This document shows positions 60,218-64,000 of a stretch of DNA of 64,000 nucleotides, in pieces. The stretch covers positions 20,482 through 84,481 of the forward strand of contig JAWODC010000082.1 in NCBI GenBank assembly GCA_046483495.1. The letters run 5' to 3'. This DNA is from Desulfobacterales bacterium. Lineage in GTDB: Bacteria; Desulfobacterota; Desulfobacteria; Desulfobacterales; UBA5616. The number at the start of each line of letters is the position of its first letter. Position 1 is the stretch's first letter. Below the pieces are notes generated by a model that saw nothing but the letters and a program-made list of their open reading frames with translations, did no database searches and was not told the DNA's origin. The position numbers and the translations under genes are program-made.

Positions 60218-60601
60218 CTATTCCGTCATCTCCCTGATTTTTTGCTGCAGCAGCTTCTGGGATTCGGTCGGCTGAATATTCTGCATCGCCATCATTTTGC
60301 CCATATCCCCTTCGATTTTCATCTTGCCGCTCATGAACGCCTGCATGCCCGCCTGCCTGTCCTCATCGACAAACATCTTTTTTGCAAGATCATACGGCAC
60401 GGTGATTTTGGTCGCCGCGCCGTCGACATGTCCCTTCTCGATACGTCCGCCGTTCATGCACAGCATGCAATCGCCTTCATCGCCTGTGACAGTCAAATTG
60501 ACCTTCATCTCTGCCAAAGCCGGGGGAACTTCCAGATTCACCTCATCTGAAAGTTCCTTTACCTTTTCAAACCACTCATCCGATAAATACTTGACACCCA
60601 T
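60218..60601 (-). CDS. SCP2 sterol/lipid-binding domain protein
   Basis: MGVKYLSDEW; QAFMSGKMKIEGDMGKMM (SCP2 motif); GGAGG upstream. Confidence 0.87.
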   Translation of the reverse strand: MGVKYLSDEWFEKVKELSDEVNLEVPPALAEMKVNLTVTGDEGDCMLCMNGGRIEKGHVDGAATKITVPYDLAKKMFVDEDRQAGMQAFMSGKMKIEGDMGKMMAMQNIQPTESQKLLQQKIREMTE

Positions 60602-60749
60602 AGTTGACCTCCTTTGTTTTTTGTTTTGAACCTGATAAACAGGCCCCCTTCCCATCAGAAACCGGAATGAATTTCTTCCCAACAGGACCGAGGTACAGCG
60701 AAAAACAACAGGAGAAGGATGTTGGGCCTATCGTTTGAATGAGACTCCG

Positions 60750-61982
60750 CTAAAGGCGCTCCACCACGGTGGAAATTCCGATACCGCCGCCTCCGCAAAG
60801 CATTTGGACGCCGTATTTTCCATTAATCCGTTTCAGATGGTGAACCATTTCCCCGAAGTATACTACGCCGGAAGCACCGATTGGATGCCCGATGGCAACA
60901 GCGCCGCCCGTTGGATTGACCCGATCTTCCGCCGGATCGTACCCGAGTTCCCGCCCGAATTCCACCAGAGGGCTCATGAATGCTTCATTGGGCTCGATAA
61001 TATCCATTTCGTCGATGGTTTTGCCGGCCCGCTCGAGCGCCTTACGGGTGGCGGGAATCGGGGCAAGCAGCATGGGAACAGGTTCGCCACCCGCCGAAGC
61101 GGTGCCGATGATTCTCGCCATCGGTTCCAATTGGAGCTCTTCGGCTTTTTCGGCGGTCATCAACAACACAGCCGCAGCGCCGTCCACAATCTGGGATGAA
61201 TTGCCGGCCGTCACCATTCCGTCGGGCTTGAAGGGAGGTTTGAGGGTTGCCAGGTCGGCCAGGAACCCATCAAAATCATCCGCGGCTTTTGCCCTGGTGG
61301 TTTCATCGGAATCCACCCGATAGCCGGTATCTTGCCATTGATATTCAAACGGGATGATGTGGTCGGCGTGCCACCCTTTTCGGCCCGCTTCCACCGCTTT
61401 TTTCATGCTGAGGGCGCCCAGTCGGTCGAGCTGCTCTCGGGTATGGCCGTTTTGTTCGGATATCATTTCAGCGCACAACCCCTGAGGTACGCCCATGAAC
61501 TCCATGACCTTGGGGGAAAACCGCACCGGATATTTGGCGGCAAACGCCACTTCGATGTCGGACCCCATCCCGTAATGCGACATAATCTCCACGCCGGCGC
61601 AAACACACACATCACCGTCTCCGATCATCATCTGGTGGGCGGCGGAATTGATGGCGCGCAACCCCGCATTGCAGTATTGGTTGACGGTAAACGCCGAAGC
61701 GGTATTGGGAATTCCCGCAAGCAGCGCGGCGATGCGGGCGACATTTCCTCCCTGTTCGCCGATTTGACTGAGGCACCCTACCACAACATCTTCAATGCTG
61801 TTTTCATCGAACTTCGAGCTTTTCGCATGCACCCTGTCGAGAAGACCCCGCATCATGGCCGCCAACAGATCCTGCGCGGACGCCTGACAAAGCTGCCCGC
61901 CTTTTTCCATTCCCTTGCGTCCCGATTTGCCGATTCCGCTTCTCACGGCATCGATTACGACAACGTCCTTTATCTTTTTCAT
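60750..61982 (-). CDS. Thiolase (acetyl-CoA C-acyltransferase)
   Basis: VIDAVRS.IGK, TVNQYCNAGL, VTAGNSSQIVDGAAA, NEAF, NPTGGAVAIGHPIGASG, MLCGGGG. Confidence 0.95.
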   Translation of the reverse strand: MKKIKDVVVIDAVRSGIGKSGRKGMEKGGQLCQASAQDLLAAMMRGLLDRVHAKSSKFDENSIEDVVVGCLSQIGEQGGNVARIAALLAGIPNTASAFTVNQYCNAGLRAINSAAHQMMIGDGDVCVCAGVEIMSHYGMGSDIEVAFAAKYPVRFSPKVMEFMGVPQGLCAEMISEQNGHTREQLDRLGALSMKKAVEAGRKGWHADHIIPFEYQWQDTGYRVDSDETTRAKAADDFDGFLADLATLKPPFKPDGMVTAGNSSQIVDGAAAVLLMTAEKAEELQLEPMARIIGTASAGGEPVPMLLAPIPATRKALERAGKTIDEMDIIEPNEAFMSPLVEFGRELGYDPAEDRVNPTGGAVAIGHPIGASGVVYFGEMVHHLKRINGKYGVQMLCGGGGIGISTVVERL

Positions 61983-62504
61983 ATAACACCATCTCCTTTT
62001 CTATTTTTGCCTGAAAAATGTTTCCGCAACCGGCGCTCTAAGCCGGCGGACCTTCGCCCGCTTTCTATCATTTCACCCTAAATTCATTGAGGCGAATTAA
62101 GGCTGTGTACATGCACATAAATTTAAACATCCGGATAATCCATGAATCACGAAACTGCAGATGTCCCGCGGGGGACAAAAAAGGGTTTTGCATCGTGTCT
62201 TTCGGTTGGTCGTTGTAAAGAAGCGTTCTTCCGAACAGATACCCACAGGGCTGCCGGACTGACCGGGCATCCGTCTCCATCTTTTGATGGAATGATGCGG
62301 CAAACCGGTACTATTGTCAAGGTATTTTTGAAGGTTAGCGCTTTTTTAGGCGTCCTTTCTGGCCGCTTTTGCATTGTGCTTGCGAATGCCTTCGGGATAA
62401 GGCACAACTTTTTTTCCGGATTTCGTTGTTTTTTAGGTGCTCGATATGCCGTTTTGCAGTACGATTAACCGACACAAACAAAAAATCCAAGACAGGAAGC
62501 TGCC

Positions 62505-63389
62505 ATGCAGGAAAAAAACACCCACCCGATAGACGCTGAACAGGACCTGGCCGATGAAATAAACGCCGTTTTACGGAAAATCTCGACAGAAATTGCACGA
62601 ACACCGGAGTTCAACATTGTAAAGTATAAGGCGCTCCTGACATTTTTGTCCGGTTGGACGGGCCACAGCATGTTCAAGAAAATGGCTTCCGGACGCCTGG
62701 TGAAGAAACTGGAGCACGACATGGCTGAGGCTGAATCATGCGACAGAACGGATATCCGGCAGATGGCCGTTTGGGAGAATATCGGACTGCTGATAACTTT
62801 CGTAAGCCGCTTTTTGGTGCACAAAGGAAAAGCGAACCCACGAAAAACGGCCGAGTTCGCAGAAGAACCCGTTCGAAAGATCCTGTCGAACCTCGACGCA
62901 TCGGATCTCGCCGGTGTGTCGGCGACATCCGTAGAACACATCGACCACCTGCTTACCGCCGTTTTCTCCATGTTGACGGAAAACCGGGAAATGCTTTCCT
63001 GCGGCCTGGCGGGAATGGGACATTTGAAAAATTACGCATACCGGGGACGTCACCGGAAATCTCTCGTGCTGGAAAAATATGTCGGATCGGAAGACGGAGC
63101 GGAAAACGCCGTTGAAATATGTGGGCGTCTCGACATGGCGGAAATCGGCGAACATATCAATTCGTGTGTTCGAATTGTCAATCACCTCTACGCGCAAGAT
63201 CCGGATTTCGCTCCGTCGCTGATGTCTTCTCTGTTTGCAAGGATTGACATAGAGGCGCTCCAAAAGGCCGTTCAACGGATTGTCTCCGATCTTGCCGCCG
63301 CGGCTCAGCCTGTACTTATTGCACTTCTCCCGGAAATAATAAACAGTTTACGTCCGGTGCTGAATCGTGCGGGGGAAGATAGGGACTGA
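62505..63389 (+). CDS. Hypothetical alpha-helical protein
   Basis: 294-aa ORF with AGGAAG upstream; no recognisable motif. Confidence 0.6.
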   Translation: MQEKNTHPIDAEQDLADEINAVLRKISTEIARTPEFNIVKYKALLTFLSGWTGHSMFKKMASGRLVKKLEHDMAEAESCDRTDIRQMAVWENIGLLITFVSRFLVHKGKANPRKTAEFAEEPVRKILSNLDASDLAGVSATSVEHIDHLLTAVFSMLTENREMLSCGLAGMGHLKNYAYRGRHRKSLVLEKYVGSEDGAENAVEICGRLDMAEIGEHINSCVRIVNHLYAQDPDFAPSLMSSLFARIDIEALQKAVQRIVSDLAAAAQPVLIALLPEIINSLRPVLNRAGEDRD

Positions 63390-63412
63390 AAGCTTAAGGC
63401 TGAAGGACGTTT

Positions 63413-63540
63413 AAAATCGGGATTGGGAGTCGGGATCGAAGAGCAAACAGAAAAAATTCGATACCAATACAGATACCGATTTCGATTTCGATGGAGAGCA
63501 AGTGTAAGATGGATGGAGCCCAACAGAACCCATCTGTCGG
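63413..63540. repeat. Hexamer-hairpin repeat element (inverted copy of 58890-59022)
   Basis: GATTTCGATTTCGATGGAGAGCAAGTGTAAGATGGATG..AACCCATCTGTCG closely matches the reverse complement of CGACAGATGGGTT..CATCCATCTTATACTCGCTCTTCATCGAAATCGAAATC. Confidence 0.75.
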
Positions 63541-63564
63541 TCATAGACGATCCCCCCCATCCGT

Positions 63565-63909
63565 ATGGGCGGATTAAGACCCGATCCACTGCCGAACAAG
63601 ATTCGCGGCAGGCAGATAAAAGGGTATAAATTTCGAAGACAGGCACCTATAGGGAAATTCATTGTCGATTTTGTGTGCCATGAAAAACGATTGATCATTG
63701 AACTCGATGGAGGACAGCATCGCCGTCAGGAAAAATACGACCATTACCGATCCGAATATCTTCGGGCGTGCGGGTATGATTTGATTCGATTTTGGAATAA
63801 CGATGTATTAATGAATATGGACGCCGTTTTAGAGGTAATTCACAGGCAGCTGACCCCCCATCCCGGCCTTCCCCCTCAGGGGGTGAAGGGGAGATGCAGC
63901 GACAGATGA
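63565..63909 (+). pseudogene. DUF559/Vsr-like endonuclease domain protein, apparently 5'-truncated
   Basis: RGRQIKGYKFRRQAPIGKFIVDFVC..LIIELDGGQH..YDHYRSEYL..GYDLIRFWNNDV. The usual N-terminal 'ARxLRxxxTxAExxLW' helix is absent and repeat sequence sits there instead; the C-terminus runs into a REP. Confidence 0.7.
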
Positions 63910-63971
63910 CCGTTTTTCCAATGCCCCGTTTTTTTAGAAGTCCGTTCAAGCGGCTGCTTCGCGCCGCTTGC
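63854..63971 (+). repeat. REP family B plus downstream palindrome; direct repeat of 58526-58643
   Basis: CCCCCATCCCGGCCTTCCCCCTC..GGGGTGAAGGGGA.ATGC.GCGA ... TTCAAGCGGCTGCTTCGCGCCGCT present at both loci. Confidence 0.75.
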
Positions 63972-64000
63972 AAATATGACCATGACCAGAAAAAACAAAC

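Noticed and set aside
62358..62375. Sigma54-like TGGC..TTGC upstream of the 62505 ORF
   Set aside because: GG-to-GC spacing is one base short of the strict -24/-12 geometry.

Overview
Chromosomal window from an anaerobic deltaproteobacterium-like genome. The gene content resembles Desulfobacterota sulfate reducers; this is an inference from protein families. The main feature is a secondary-lipid pathway: a Pfa-type iterative fatty-acid synthase (pfaD, pfaA, fused pfaBC) followed directly by a complete oleABCD olefin (hydrocarbon) operon. About 14.8 kb of other genes separate pfaA from pfaBC. That interval holds (i) a redox/Fe-S operon whose IscS-like protein lacks the PLP Schiff-base lysine, and (ii) a visibly AT-rich signalling block: V4R/GAF/PAS hybrid kinase, B12 radical SAM, SAM methyltransferase, tandem-PilZ protein with a GNAT-like tail, and an HTH-PAS-adenylate cyclase with a repeated TTTAAAC-N-GTTTAAA palindrome at its promoter. 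It ends in an internally deleted helicase remnant. The rest of the window has carB, an M24 peptidase, xerD, transporters, methyltransferases, a PfkB kinase, a DUF1302/DUF1329 pair, asd, and a thiolase-SCP2-MaoC lipid cluster. It also has a GAF-ANTAR regulator with a clear dual-hairpin ANTAR attenuator upstream of a glutamate-synthase-family gene, and several MITE/REP-like repeat families. I saw no rRNA, tRNA or CRISPR array. All calls come from reading motifs by eye; no searches were run.
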